The translations under genes were made by a program, and so were the position numbers. Below, in pieces: positions 14,945 through 29,262 of a DNA stretch of 64,000 nucleotides (the first letter of the stretch is position 1; each line of letters begins with the position of its first letter). Under the pieces are notes generated by a model. The model saw nothing but the letters and a program-made list of their open reading frames with translations. It had not been told where the DNA came from and made no database searches. This stretch comes from Octopus bimaculoides (taxonomy: Eukaryota): positions 25,821,761-25,885,760 of the forward strand of contig NC_069001.1 of assembly GCF_001194135.2 (NCBI RefSeq), given 5' to 3'.

Positions 14945-15040
14945 GCTACTAGTGACTCTACTACTACGAACACCACTAGGAACATTGCTAGCGATGTGCA
15001 GCCCCATATGGAACAATCACATGTACTACGTCTACCATTA
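12210..15040. repeat. about 2.8-kb compound trinucleotide field (CAT, CAC, TAC, GTT; mostly G-poor on +)
   Basis: Directly visible; it produces the poly-I/T/H/Y/P and poly-M/V/S ORFs in the track. Confidence 0.95.
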
Positions 15041-15124
15041 GTATATGTGTAACAAGAAACCTCATTAAAGCAATTAGTGCATGAATATTTAACACCATAA
15101 CCCATTTCAGTTGTTCATGTTTAC

Positions 15125-15600
15125 TTATAGCTGATAGCTGTCCGTCAATGTTGACGACGACATTGTTCTGTTGGACACTTATCCTACATTCTGTGAGTTG
15201 ATAGATGTGTAAACAGTCCGATCCTGGAATGGCATGTCCTTGTACGTAGATGGCAAGCTACCCATTATGTTCTTGGTGAGTCTAAGACGATGTTGATGCC
15301 TTCTCTCAAGTTTCTCACGTCAGATTACATCAAAGTGTGCGGCCCCTTCGTCGCCAGGTTTGCCGCTTCCGAGCAAAATCTTCAAGCTGGGACGACAGCA
15401 TTTTGCAAGACTTGCAGACAAGCTTAAGATGGTCCCTGTACCTCTTCTTGGGTTCCCAGTGCTTGCAAACACCGGTTGATAGCTCTCCGAAGAACATTTC
15501 CGGGAGAAAATTACCATATATCCTGATAACGTGGCCGACCCATCTTACACAATGTATACGCAAAGCGGTCGCTCAGCTTGTTAGAAATAGCAACTAATCT
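15125..15600 (-). mobile_element. RTE-clade LINE, 3' end of ORF2 (5'-truncated, decayed)
   Basis: VRWVGHVIRIYGNFLPEMFFGELSTG..KKRYRDHLK..RKRQTWR is the typical RTE post-RT region; it is followed by the C-terminal zinc-finger remnant CHLRTRTCHSRIGLFTHLSTH. Confidence 0.9.
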
Positions 15601-16199
15601 ATACTCAAATCTTTGTCTTTTGGCGTAAAACACGAAAGGCCCATTTCTGCCGCCCGTTGTAATTTGACTATCTGACATTTCGGACCTTTTCATTTATAAC
15701 GTAATATTGTTACGTAGGGGACTGTGGCAATCCTGGGACAACTCTTGAATGTTTAATCAAACAAATTACACAGAATTGAATCTGATAATTATTCTTTTGC
15801 GGCTCTTCTGTAGAGACATGCCCATAGAGAGACGGACACATACAGAAACAGACACATACATACATACATACATATTGACCCCAAATATAACCGTATAACA
15901 ATAAGAAATTATACAAGAATTAGTTATCTTATTACAACTGTTCGCACAATAACACTACTCCAATGCAGAATCGATAACGAGACTAACGCTTCCACAATTC
16001 GATCTCAACTGTCTACAGACTCATCAATTTATGAGACTCGTTCAGTCGTCTGACAGCCAGGTGCGTGAGAGTCAGTTCAATATTATAGGCAACAGGCCTG
16101 AAGTATTTTAGAAGAGTCGGCTAGTCGATTACCAAATCGATAGACTCTGACCTTTGACTATAGCAGACTGCAAATATAAATAAAAGTCCATTATTGAAG

Positions 16200-16475
16200 T
16201 CATTTCATTGATCTTAAAAGGAGGCAAGGAGAATTCATCCTCGGCTGAATTTGAACTCGGAACTTAGAGACAGATGGAATGTCGCTAAGTGTTAAGTCCA
16301 ACGTACTAACAATACTTTTATATCAGGGCTATATGTAACTCTTTCTAAAAAGGCTTTCTAAGTTTGGTGCAAAGCCATCAGTTTTGAAGCGGAGCGAGAA
16401 TTCTCTCATATCAACCCAGGTGCTCAGTTTGTAGTTATGTTATCGACTTCGAAAGAATGGAATATATAGTCGCCC
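16200..16475 (-). mobile_element. two tandem family A SINE fragments
   Basis: CCTCGGCTGAATTTGAACTCGGAAC (reverse B-box) and a second 3' half ending at the gap. Confidence 0.7.
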
Positions 16476-18489
16476 CNNNNNNNNNNNNNNNNNNNNNNNN
16501 NNNNNNNNNNNNNNNNNNNNNNTATATATATATATATTCGGAGAGAGAATGAGAGAGAGATGGCGATGGTGGTGAAAGACGAATAAGAATGTCTAAGGGA
16601 ATGAGTGTGAGAGAAACAGCGGAGAACCTGATCAAACTATTAAATCTATTTCATTAGAACAGCAAAGGTTCCGTTGATGTTTGCCTGTACATTTAAAAGC
16701 AACGAATTTGCCCTCAGAAATGTTGAGCCTTACAGACTTTATGATAGCGTTACCTTGTCTAAAATTTGTCAATTTTAATGAGGATTGAACTATGTTTTGT
16801 GCATTAAGGAAAAGCACATTGACATTAATCTACTGAATCCGTCACTTCGATCATCATTAGTATTTTATTTTCAAGACTATGAAGGCCATCCCCCAATTAT
16901 TTGAAAACCATGACATGAAGCTGAGAAATGAAATAACCTGAGACATTTTTTCCTAGGTTCTGCCGGTTCTGCTGTTCAGTTACACATATATGAACCTTTA
17001 TATTTGTATTAGATTAGCACCATACTGTAGTAGCAGTTGACAGCGAAACAATTTGCTATTCCTTGCATCTGTTACATTTCCTCATTCCTAAATGTAGCTT
17101 TAATCATTTCGCGTTCTAAAACATACAAGAGAACTACAACAGCCTACTTAGTTTTACCTCAGATCGGTGGATCTCAACCATTTTTTACCTATGAATCCTT
17201 TTCATTTTTATTGTTCTGGCGCCCTGCCCCATAATCATTCGATGTACGAAACTAGTTTTATTGAAATTTCTTTCAAAACTCCTATTTTGGTTTTCACGCA
17301 TTCTCTTGTATAGGTTTGCAATGGCATTCTGTGAGAGAATATCCTTTAGTGACAAGATGCAATTTGAACAATGCACAGTGTTAACAAAAGCGACGTAGTT
17401 GTTTCTTGGGATAAATTAATTTATAGCAAACTTTTTTTCCTGAACGCCTCAAATATTTACTATTTTGCCTGTGTTGAGCACACGTAATTTTATATGGACT
17501 CTTAGGTGTCATATGGACTCTGATGTAGAACTGCTGCTTTGAATCATCGGTGACATTATAAATAGTTACCACTGTCTATGATCTTTTTATGGTCAATAGA
17601 GTCCAAATGATTTTCATTTTGTTTTTATTGATAACAATATCTTATTAAAGCGGTTTCGAATCAAAACAATTTGATTAAGAAGTGAGCTATGATGTATATA
17701 TCGATGTCTGTACTCACTAAAATTAAGGGTACAATGTAGATCTGAAGTCGAAGTTATCAACACAATGTTCATGCAAATTTAACGTATATCTGTTAAATTA
17801 GAAGGCAGACAGATAGTAATTTTGTACAACAAATGAGTTTGTTACAAGACGCAAATCTATACGGCGTAATTAATGAACCTTTAACTTCAATAAAATCAGG
17901 CATTAATTGAACAACCAAAAGAATAAGTCAGCTCTGATAATTGTTCTTTGTGAACAAATAGTAACGTATCAAAACTGTCGTAGTGACAAAGTGGTATGAC
18001 TTAGCATGTATATAGTCATACAGTCGGTCGTTATAGGAGGTGCGTAGTAGTAGTGGTTGCACTAGTTCTCAGTTGGACTCAGTGTGAGTTACGTCTGACG
18101 TACGAGTTCGAATTACCGCCAGGTTAGACGTTTCAAATTCATTGTCATGCGGAGCTATCAGTGATAGCACGACAGACGAGTCAAAGATAATAAGACACGG
18201 AATCCCACAACAATATAATAGTGGAGGCAGGTATATTACAGTACCGACAATAACATACAAGTGGACGAGGATCCACATTATAACACAAACTTCAATATTA
18301 TTGGGTGATGATACTTCTTCGTTGTCTGTCGATAAAATGGTCGTGCCATTCAGGCTCTATGTTTGTAACAGCTTTACTGGGCTCTGTGTTCTGATTTCCT
18401 TTTTATTTTTCTTTAACCCTTCTCACACTGCCCCCACCCCCCAAGAACTCACAAATAATTAGCATTATATTCACCTTCTTCATATTCAC

Positions 18490-18780
18490 TAGTCGATGTA
18501 ATCGCCTATTCCCCTCCCCCATATTTCAGACCTTGTGTCTATAGTAGATAGATTTATTCTAATTATTATTATTATTATTATTATAAATGCGGTGAGCTTG
18601 CAGAATTGTTATCACGCCAGGCGAAATGCTTAGCTGCATTGCTCTACGTTCTGAGTTCAAATTCCACCAAGGTCGACTTTGGGGTCGATAAAATGAATGC
18701 CAGTTGAAAACTGGTTTCGATGTAATCGACTCATCTCCTCCGCCAAACTTGCTCCCTTGTGACAAAATTTGAAACCATTG
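18490..18780 (+). mobile_element. family A SINE 3' end followed by a near-complete family A copy
   Basis: GTCGATGTAATCG...CTTGTGTCTATAGTAG, then (ATT)n, then GCGGTGAGCTTGCAGAA...TGAGTTCAAATTCC...AAATTTGAAACC. Confidence 0.88.
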
Positions 18781-18829
18781 TTGTTGTTGTTGTTCTTCTT
18801 CTTCTTCTTTTTCTCCTTATTATTATTAT

Positions 18830-18873
<44 letters not shown>

Positions 18874-19968
18874 TCATCATAAGTAGTAGTAAAAGTGGTG
18901 ATTGTGGTTTTGGCAGCAGTAGTTGCGTGACCAGTAGGAAGTGTTATCTCATCATCTTCATTTCTACATATTTAGCATATTAAAAGTGACCCAAGCCCCG
19001 CTGCTGTTGCTACTCCTGCTGCTACCACTGCAATTACATACTGGCTGCAGTTGTAGAAATCAAAATTGACGAATATATCTAAGTTGTCACCATTATTTTC
19101 TTTTGTAAGATCGGAACCAAAAAATCTCACAAAGTTTATAAAATATATGATGCAAGAAATACTGAAGATCATATTTCTTCACATATTTCCGCGTATATTG
19201 TACAACGAACTATTAAGAATATCTTAAATAAATTCTGTTGCTATGTGTGAATGTATTTAAATTCTGTGTCGTTTACCATTTTATGTATGACACTTTGTCC
19301 GCATAACATATGACAAGTTGGATGAAGTTTGGCATATATGTCCCAATAACTTGCTAAACAGAAAATATCTGTGAAAACAAACATCACCATCTTCAATATT
19401 ATTATTATTTTCCTTAGCAGTAACCGATAAATAAAAGCAAAGCATTTTCTAATGTCTGTATTTGTTGAAATTCCAGAGAGATCGTTGAGGCAATCAATCA
19501 CGTAAACGAAATAATAAAAATACATTAAAAATGATAAAAAATGAGAAATGAAACAAAAAATAGTTTCGATGGTTTGCTGAATATGTTGTATAATTGGTGC
19601 AGGAGAAATAAAACGGTATAGAAAATATATTACATATTTGATGTAGAGTTTTGAAGCTGGTACCAAGCAACTGCGTATTCATATTGGTTTGATGGCTAGG
19701 ATAGGTTATACTCACACCGCTATTACTCATTCAGTACACCGGTAATCCATTCGACGTCGACATATATCAGAGTTAAGCTCATCGTAATTTCAATTTGCAA
19801 TGAAAGGTTCGTAATAAATGCCACAACACATCTTGTGCTACTCTGCAATGGTGCTGCGAATATTTCAAATTTATCGAACATTTTATGGTGAACAGACGAT
19901 TATGACATTGTGAGTGCTTCTCTGTGCGTTTTTATCCGATTCTTTGTGTATTTTGAACGAGTGCGCGA

Positions 19969-20001
<33 letters not shown>

Positions 20002-20332
20002 TGCATGTGTGTGTGTATGTGTACATGCGTGCTCAATAATTATTCATGTCTCCAGCAAGGCTAGAACGCAGAATGCATAAAAGCTCTTTAGGAAAGTCCC
20101 TGCATTGCTTGTTTTGGTATTTATGGTGAGCAAAAGCAAAAACAAATGAAAATTGTTTATATTTTTATATTTAATTTCAATATTCCGTACCTAAATATAC
20201 TTTATGAAGAAAGTGGCACAGAAAGATGGGCCATTGTACTTGAAAAAGTTTGTGCAAAATTTAACCAAGCGAATGAATTCAGATCATGGTATCATGTATG
20301 TATGTATGTATGTATGTATGTATGTATATATG

Positions 20333-20349
<17 letters not shown>

Positions 20350-20367
<18 letters not shown>

Positions 20368-20565
20368 TATGATTGACCGTTGACTGAACACTATTCAATT
20401 TTTTTTCTCCGTGTTTTTCTCCTTTTCTCCGTATTCTTTCTGTTGAAGAGCGTAGCTCGAAACGTCAAAGACTTTCCCTATTCCCGAGCGTCATACTAAT
20501 ATATACTTTTGTTATTTACACCACCTGTCCTCGTCTGTTGTTATTATTTGTATATTCTCCCATAT
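20350..20565 (+). mobile_element. probable Penelope-like element terminal (pLTR) fragment with hammerhead-like core
   Basis: TTGAAGA-GCGTAGCT-CGAAA-CGTC at 20443-20466 has the layout of minimal PLE hammerheads; it is flanked by (TATC)n. Confidence 0.5.
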
Positions 20566-20799
20566 CTATCTATCTATCTATCTATGTCATTATTGGTTTA
20601 TATTTCAAGCTTTCTTGCCGATAGAGAAAGAGTCGGTATCTAACCGAGATCTATGGCTACTTCATAGGGATTTCAACAACATCGACTGAGTATATGTCCA
20701 CGTATATGTGTATACACGTGCCATATTCGGAGTTAGTGCTTGTGCAGATTTGTGTTTTTGTTTTATATGTATTTTCATGCATTCAGGTGCATGACTATA

Positions 20800-20960
20800 C
20801 AATGTATTTATGTATGCATATATACATGTATTTATGTACATATGTGAGAATATATGCATGTACGTACGTATGTATGTGCGTATGTATGTGCGCATGTATG
20901 TATGTATGTATGTGTGCATGTATGTATGTGTGCATGTATGCATCAATGTATGCATGCATG
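20800..20960. repeat. (TATG)n/(TACG)n tetranucleotide microsatellite
   Basis: Directly visible. Confidence 0.9.
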
Positions 20961-23900
20961 AACACAAACTCTTCACCTTGTTAGGTTTGTTTGTGTTCCT
21001 GATTCCTGACTGAAAATATTTCAGTTCTTCTCAGCAACATGACTGAGATTTCTATGCAAGTGACTCTGCATGGATTGTGAGTCAGAAATATTGGTAATCA
21101 GTCATGCAAAACAGTAAAAAGATATACTGCTTTTATTAGAATTCGTGGAATGAGATTTTCCTAGACTATTTGAATGCCCCAAATTGAATCTATCATTGCG
21201 ATGTAACCCACCGTCGCCAGTATCTTCTTACGTTTTGGTTTTTTTTTTTTTTAATTCACTTTGTGGAATTTTGTCTGGATGCAGTTTATTTAAATCTTTG
21301 TCCTCAAGCAGTTTAATTGATTGGGTATATATTGTCAATTTATATGAATATTACAGCCAATTTTCTTAAGCTTACAACTCGTTCCTTGGCGTAATTCTGA
21401 ATGCTTGTCTGTTTCATCACTGTTAGAGCAGTTTTCTTCAACTAAGATAAATGAAAAGCATGCATAAAATGCTGTGTTATCCAATGATTCTTCTAAATGT
21501 AGATTTTATGTAAAATAAAAAATCATTGCTGTCATCTATTTTTGTGTTCTTCAGGAGGATTTGCTTTATAAACGTCAATGTAAACACATACTCAATGCAT
21601 TCAGTTATTAATTCGTTACTCTTGATATATATTAAGTGCATAGAGCGCTTTAGTTTGTCCAGAGGTCATATGTGCATGTATTGCTTTTATAAGTGAAGTC
21701 ACGTGGATATTTTCTGCAGCCACTTTGTAACGTAGTAATTGAAAACGTATTATCTTGACTGTCACTTAAATCACTTTCCGTAAAAATAAAAACACTTTAA
21801 ATGTTGAGCTCATCAAAGAGTAAAAGGATTAAAGGGCGGATCGTGAGTATCTGGAATAAACACGATGGCACATTAATGTTGCATTACACACATTGGCCAT
21901 TGATTATCTCGACACCTCAGTTTTTCCCAAAGTTAATGTGAGAGCTTTGTACTTCCCTTTCATCACGACAAAATGATTAACTCGAAACCAACCGTGTTTT
22001 TTTTGCCGTTGTCTAAAGAGAACTATCATCAAAGCTTTGCTTGGAGCTGTGAGAGAAAACCTTCCGTTCTTTAGCAAGTAATATGATTTATCAGTTTTCC
22101 ACAGAAGCGTTGCAATCGTCATCGCACGTTACTAGGCTGTTTCCCGCAGAGAGCAAAGGCAGCAAATATATTTTCCTCTGAAAACAAAACGCAATCATTT
22201 TTTGGTAGAATTTACCATATTCTTGTCATCGCAACTAGAGGCTCTGAGAGTTTTAGATTCATTAAGTCGTCACTACATATCAAGTGCTTTATTATAGCAG
22301 TGAGCAAGACATGACAAACATTTTTAGTATCCATATATGTATTACAATGTACACCACCAAAGTTGACTGATTAACATCATAAGTTGGGAGATCTACAAGT
22401 CATTTGCTTCGCAAAAGATCCACGTTTTGATACTATATTCATATATGACTACATGTGTCGATAATTTCGAACGCTGCCCTTCATCTTAACAATATAAAAC
22501 ACAATGATTTTTGTTATCTTTTTAACCCTCCATAGCAAGCGTAATGACTTTCAGGTATATCTCTTCATAAGTCCATTTCCACAAATGTTCTCTAGAAGGA
22601 TTAATATTGTATATACAAGCCATTACTTATTCTGGTCTCTCAAGGTATTCTGAAACATAAGTAAGATCTACACTGAGTATAAAATCAAAAATAGTTTTCC
22701 ATATACCGACATACGAATAGCATCCAAATAATGGTAGCTTCGATGGAACTGGAGTCAAATTTCAGCCTGTGATTTCACACAGCTTCAAATAAATGGGTAT
22801 GTTCCATCTGCCAAAGTAGATAAATCATGGCAAAAAAAAACAACATTTTTGGAATCAGTGCCCCAAATAAACCCAATAAAGACCTTAACTTTAAAAGTAA
22901 TCAATGTTCCTGATCCATAGCAAGTTTAATATTTGCCTTGGGTAATTTCTGCTCCGCGTTCAAATTCCACTAGGTCTAATTTTGTATTTATTACTTCTGG
23001 ATTCTGAAATGTAATTACAAGAATATTACTGAAGAGAGAAGTGATTCAATTCACGTTGTCCCTCTAGTCAAAAGAAATCAATATTTATGGCACTCGTTTG
23101 AAAATATAGGGCACAGAATCAATAAGCACTCTGCCAATTTGCAAACACAGTAAGTAATAATCTGAACGCTTATTCAACTTCTACAACCAATTCAGAATAA
23201 TGTTTGTCATGTTTTTATTTCTTTTTAAAGTTCAACAATTATGTTACATTTGCAAACCTTTATTGTTTGAAGAACATGCTCATAAAATTACAAACTGGAG
23301 AAAAGCAAGAGAAACAGAGAAATAAAGAGAGTGAGAAAGATAGGAGAGGAATCAAAACCCAGACACCAACCAAATGCTAAGATCGATCGAAGAGAAAACT
23401 TCATTGCTTCGAGAGAGAATAAATAGTAACAGCTAAAAAAATTAGCATGTCTTAATAAAATTACTTGTGATTTTTTCCCTTAGTTCTCTCTCATTCTGTC
23501 CTTATCTCTCTATTACGTTTTTAGCAACCCCACCTCACTCTCTCTCTCTCCTTTTTTCTGTCCTTCTCTCTCTCGCTTATTCTCTGTGTGTCATCTTTTA
23601 TTTATTTTTTTCGTTTAGTTTCACATTTCCAATAGAAAACATGACGACAGTAATTGAACCAAAATATTTTTTTTAACTAATTTAAATGATTGAATAAATC
23701 AAAGCGAGGATTTCCATCAAATGAAGGGGAAAACTTAATCTAGCTTTTAAAAAGCATTTAAGGTGATCCAAATCTACATTTTCTGTAAACTCGGGGGAGC
23801 ACGAAGCTTTCCATATTAAATTATGTCTAATTTGTATATGCAAAGATGTAAACGTACTTATATGTTTATGAGTGTTTATATGTGCGTGAGTGTATGCATG

Positions 23901-24055
23901 GGCGTAGAAACATATAAATAAGTGTATGTATATACTTTTGAGTTCTGGAATATTTTTCTCAAAACGATTGTATGTTTTTTTATAAATCTACCTAAAATGC
24001 ATATGTATATATATTTCTTAGCATCTTTCTGTCTCTGTATAATAGTAGTTACAAG

Positions 24056-24093
<38 letters not shown>

Positions 24094-24723
24094 GCATATG
24101 TGTGTGTATGAGTGTTTGTGTGTCTAAAACGCTGTATTTGTTTGTGTATATAAATTAGTGTCTACGTAGGTAAAATATATATTATATAAATCTATCTCAA
24201 CAAAGGTGTCTATATTTCTATATTTATGGTTCAATACCCTCCATATGAATGACGAGTTTTCTTTCTAATTTCCTTTTTTAACTATTTCTAGATTTGTCAG
24301 GAAAACAACAAAACATAAGAAACAAAAACAATCAAAGCATTTCAAGAGAATCAAGTAGACTTAATTTTTAATGATGTTTCCAGAATATATTTGCATTATT
24401 TTGCTTACTTCCATTGAGTTTAAGAGTTGACGAGAGTAGAATAATAAATGACTTCAAGTAATAATGACATAGCAGAAAGTTTATCATAAATATACAAACT
24501 TTCAGTATCAATGAAACAGCAAACGAGTATAAAAAAAAAAGAAGTGCAAATCGGTGAAAGAAATTCGTAGGTTTGAGGGTTTATTGCTTACGAGCTTAGA
24601 TATGCTTTATTGGATTAAAAATCCATAATTCTAATTTCCCAGGCACATTTTGATTAGCTTAGTTTATGTATGTTTGTGAAAATGTACGTGTGTGGGTGTG
24701 TGAATATGGATATCTATATATCT

Positions 24724-24780
<57 letters not shown>

Positions 24781-25623
24781 AAACATTTTTATAGATAGTA
24801 AGATGCACATACACACATATACATATATACATATATATATATGTATATATAACGCGTTCTTTTTCATTATTTTTCTATGTTTCCCTTCTGAGAATTGCTC
24901 AGATATCCTACTTAATGCAACATTAGCCCATTTTTCATGAACTTAAAAAGATGCACGTATATTTTCCCCTCTCTAGATGCAAAACATCTTTACAAACTCA
25001 TTTCCTTTTTTTTTTTTTCTTGTTTGAACTTTTTTTCTTTCACAGAGTATTTGATATCAGCATTTGAAGTTTAATGAATTTCTAGGCAATAAACAGCGTA
25101 CCATTTCTGCTTTTAGGAGGGAACCGGTCTTCTGTGAAGGACATATAATTTTTAACAGTTATATTACGTAGTCCTTTTGAAAATTCAGATTTTAGCACAT
25201 ATTATTATTATTATTATTATGTGAATATATAACCCATGAAATGAAAAAAATGTGTTAGAACTTTAGTTTAATTGACTAGAACTATAATATTTCGGGTAAA
25301 AACCAATCAGAATTGATTTTTCTTATTATCAAGTAAAAGAAGTCTAGTATTCTATGCCAGGTGAATATCACAGACTATGCTCTTACCTGAATTTGTTCAT
25401 AATTATGTAAGAGAACTGGAATAGCTTCAACTAAGATGTAACAATAGTCGTAGTCTATATTTGCCGGGAGCGCATATCTTACTATATTAAGCTGCAAAAT
25501 CTACTATATATAGTATACAACATCAATCAATAATGCTGCAGTAGATGTCGAGCAGTGGATTCATAGAAACAGCAGGATGTCCGACAGAATAATATGCAAT
25601 ATTTCGTTGCATATTTTTGCTGT

Positions 25624-25845
25624 AAGGCGGCGAGCTGACAGAGCCGTTAGCGCGCGGGGGTAATATGCTCAGCGAAATATCGTCAGTTTTTTTTCATTCC
25701 AACTAAAAAATTCTACCAGTGTTGATTTTGCTTTTCTTATTCTCGGGGTCAATAGAATAAGCATGATATGAACACTGGACACTATTTAACTGACTTATCA
25801 GCCCCACGAATCTGCTGGTCCTCTGACAAAATTTGAAACCAATAT
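25624..25845 (+). mobile_element. family A SINE, full length
   Basis: AAGGCGGCGAGCTGACAGAGCCGTTAGC head through GACAAAATTTGAAACCAAT tail. Confidence 0.88.
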
Positions 25846-28800
25846 TTCGTTGCGCATTTTTAATATCTATCTTTTTCAATTACGTTTTATGTTCAAATGC
25901 TATTAATGACAACTTTTTTTCTATTCTTGTCAAATGTTCTTCATAAAAACGTACCGAGGGCGATAATGTGATCGAAATCCCATCTCATTCTAGCAACATA
26001 TCTTGATGCTGCGCCCCCTGTTGTAATATTATCATTTTAGCAATTGTCTGTAAGGTCTCACCTCCTGAGTGTAAGATGTTTTAAATGTTGTTTATCCCCC
26101 ATCTCAATTAGAATCAAGCAGGTCTATCAAGAACCATTTTTAACGACAGTAATACTCTGTTCTTCCCAATACAGCATTGAGTCTTCCTTCTTGAAGAACG
26201 GAGTGCGTCATTAATCTTGGTTCTGCAGAAATATGTCTTTATGTTCCAGCAACACGAGAGACCACATAAGGCTATTCCAGTGAAATGTTAATCTTCGACA
26301 AAATAAGTGACTTCATGGAAACATAAACAGCATTTTCATATTTTCTATTAGGTATATGTTGTAAATATCGGAAGACACCTCCTGCTGTATTGCCAGAAGT
26401 GTGTAAGGCATATCATTCGATATTGTTCTCTATCCTATGATTTCGTCGTTAAGTGCTTATGTAACAAAGTATTATTGATGTTACTATTTGTTTTTTCGAA
26501 AAATTGTTCTTCTCTTCCGGATTTTAATATTTGCACATTCTTCGGAGGTGAGCCAAAGAATGGAGTCACTACACAATTATTTGATCTGTGGAAGCAGCAA
26601 GCAAATTACCCGAAAAATCACACTGCCACCATTTTGGAAAAGGATTCTTGAGATAAACTGGTTCTGTGCTCCATGAACTTAGGAGAAGACTACTGCTGGA
26701 ATATTTTGATCATGTTTGAATTAGAACTAACCAATAACATATTAAATATTATCAGTTGAGACCACACTTGATCACCTACCTGTTTGAAATAGAAGCCATA
26801 TACCATTTAAAATCTATAATTTTAAAGGGACCACATGTTACCTGATGCACTAGAAACACGCTTAGTCATGGTTGGAATGATTTTGCCCATATGTAGAAAC
26901 GCAAATCTCTTTATGGAAATGTTTGGACTGTTTGAAGTAGAAAAGTCACTCAGGTGACATACACCGTGTGAAAGAGTAGTATTTTTGGCATAGTCACAGA
27001 TTCGATATATAACAATAGGTGGGATGGGCATATCTGTTATTATCATGGAGCTAAACAAAAACAGCTATTCGGTGATATAAAATGCCTGCTACCGGAGAAC
27101 CGTTGTTACATCACTGGAGCATAATTCTGTCCAGGGTGTGTTTCGTTAGCTCGGAAGAATTTGTTTTAGTTCTCAAGTATTTCTTCCTTTGCAAGCTTTA
27201 TTTGACAACCCATAATCCATGGAAAAAATGAGACAATGCAATTAAGGTCATTAGCATCCATGGTGATGCTTCAAATTCCATTATTTCGCATTGTTTGTGT
27301 GTGTGTGTGTGTGTATGTGTGTGTGTGTGTGTGTATCAGTCATTGAATTTATTGTAAATGGCAGTGGTGTGGGTGCTAATACCATCATCGCCAACTTTGT
27401 TACAAAGATAATGGATCAGCAGTGTTGAGTGTTACTGTACTAGATCCAATTTCTGCGAAGTCAACTGAATATTACCGTTAGGGTCTGTTTTTACATGAAG
27501 ACCACCGGGCAGCAGTATCAACCACAGCCGCATTTTCAACAAACGAAATACGCGTCATTTTACCTCCAAATACACTCTCAACACAAACACTGTGCAACCA
27601 TAAACATATAGTTAGCCATTCATTTATCTTTTGCAAAATAACGTGAGACTATATTAGTGATGACATGAAGCTTAAAGGTGGTTTCTTTTCTGGGGCGATC
27701 TACTACGCTAACTTGCGAAAGGATACTCCGATATCTATTGATTATTGTTTCTAACACAGCACGTGAATAACATATGTTATCCTAGAACTAATAGAAGAGT
27801 GACAAAATCATCAAGGTTAGCTTACATTAGGTATGATACGTAGGTGTCGATTTTAATTAAACATTGCTTAAATTGTGTTCTATAGTGATTCAATCATATT
27901 GGCACCATTCGCAACACAAGTGACTATTTTATTCAGTGTTTCCCTGTATTAGAGGAGATGAATACTTATTTGAGCATGTGGTTGGTCCATTTAAGCCTCA
28001 ATGCCTATGGCGTTGTCAATGGCTTCTGCCGGGACTAGTTTCCTTTCCGACCAATAATTATTGTGATATCACCACAACATTCAGAAGAGATGTTATCTAA
28101 GGACGACTAACACAATAAATGGTCAAACAGCGGTGTACATACTTTAAGTATATTAAAATATAGCTATAAAATATAGTGTTTAACATTGCCAAATACAACT
28201 TGTTCCTTCATTTCAGGGTCAATTGTCAAAACATTAACTAAATATCGACAGGTATGTTGCAAATCTCTCCGAGATAAATTTTGCCTCTCATCTATGAGGG
28301 ATCGATAAAATAAAGTACCAATCGTGTGATGAAATCGATTTTATTTTCCAACTCGTACCCACAAATTTGTCGATTTATGCATGTTTTAGATATATTTTTT
28401 CTTTCATGTACATTTCTTTCAAATTATGTTTCAGGGTATAGGCTGTCTTTATTTATTCATAAATGTATTTATGTCGGAATAAATGGAACGAGCGGCAGCC
28501 GAATTATAGTGTTCTTAGCTATGGATAAAATGCAGCTATGATAGCGTACAAGGCAATGTTGAAATAGGAAACGATATTTTGTCAGAAAGTGATAGTCTAC
28601 AGATTCAGAAAGCTCCGAAACTGCTGCCGCGCTGATTTTGTTCGGTTCTTACTACTAGTACTACTGCTTCCAATCGTGCTTCTGCAGAAATGTTGTCAAG
28701 TGTACATCCTATTCTCTCTTACAAACCGATCGATGCTCACAAGTTAATGCAGTTTTCTAATGCTATGCAAAATTCTGTTTTGATTTCTGTTTAATCGTGG

Positions 28801-29229
28801 ATATTTTAAGGTTGTGTTACATCAATTGCACATTTGTACTGTTAGCCCATTCTTCCTTTGTAACGCATTTACCGCTCTGTGCATTTGCAAATTATACAAA
28901 ACCGTTCTCTATATTTATATTAATGTATGTAACTATATGTAGGTTTACATGTATCTCTATATTCCTATACATGAATGTATATATGCGTTGTTCAAATATC
29001 ACTTTGAAATGTGAGCGTTTGAAAGTAAATTTGTATAGGCAGAGACGTGTACATATGTGTATGGGCGTATATGTATTTGAGTATGGATGTATACAACTAT
29101 ATATTTATGTATATATATACATATGTATATATATATATGTATGTATACATGTGTGTGTATGTATATGTATGTATACATGTATAGTCCTGATCTTCACTCA
29201 GCCATATATATGTTTATCTTTCTATACAG

Positions 29230-29262
<33 letters not shown>

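Noticed and set aside
19241-19666. 141-aa minus-strand ORF with VFTDIFCLA (LGR TM6-like)
   Set aside because: Low-complexity F/I/Y composition from AT-rich DNA; the single motif is probably chance.
26040-27260. 1.2 kb of complex sequence with a QNGGSVIF (Tc1-like GGGSVM) hint
   Set aside because: No second transposase motif was found; possibly a very old element but not assignable.
27420-27480. DNGSAVLSVTVLD, cadherin-like
   Set aside because: Short, flanked by stops, and lacking the DxNDN and LDRE motifs.
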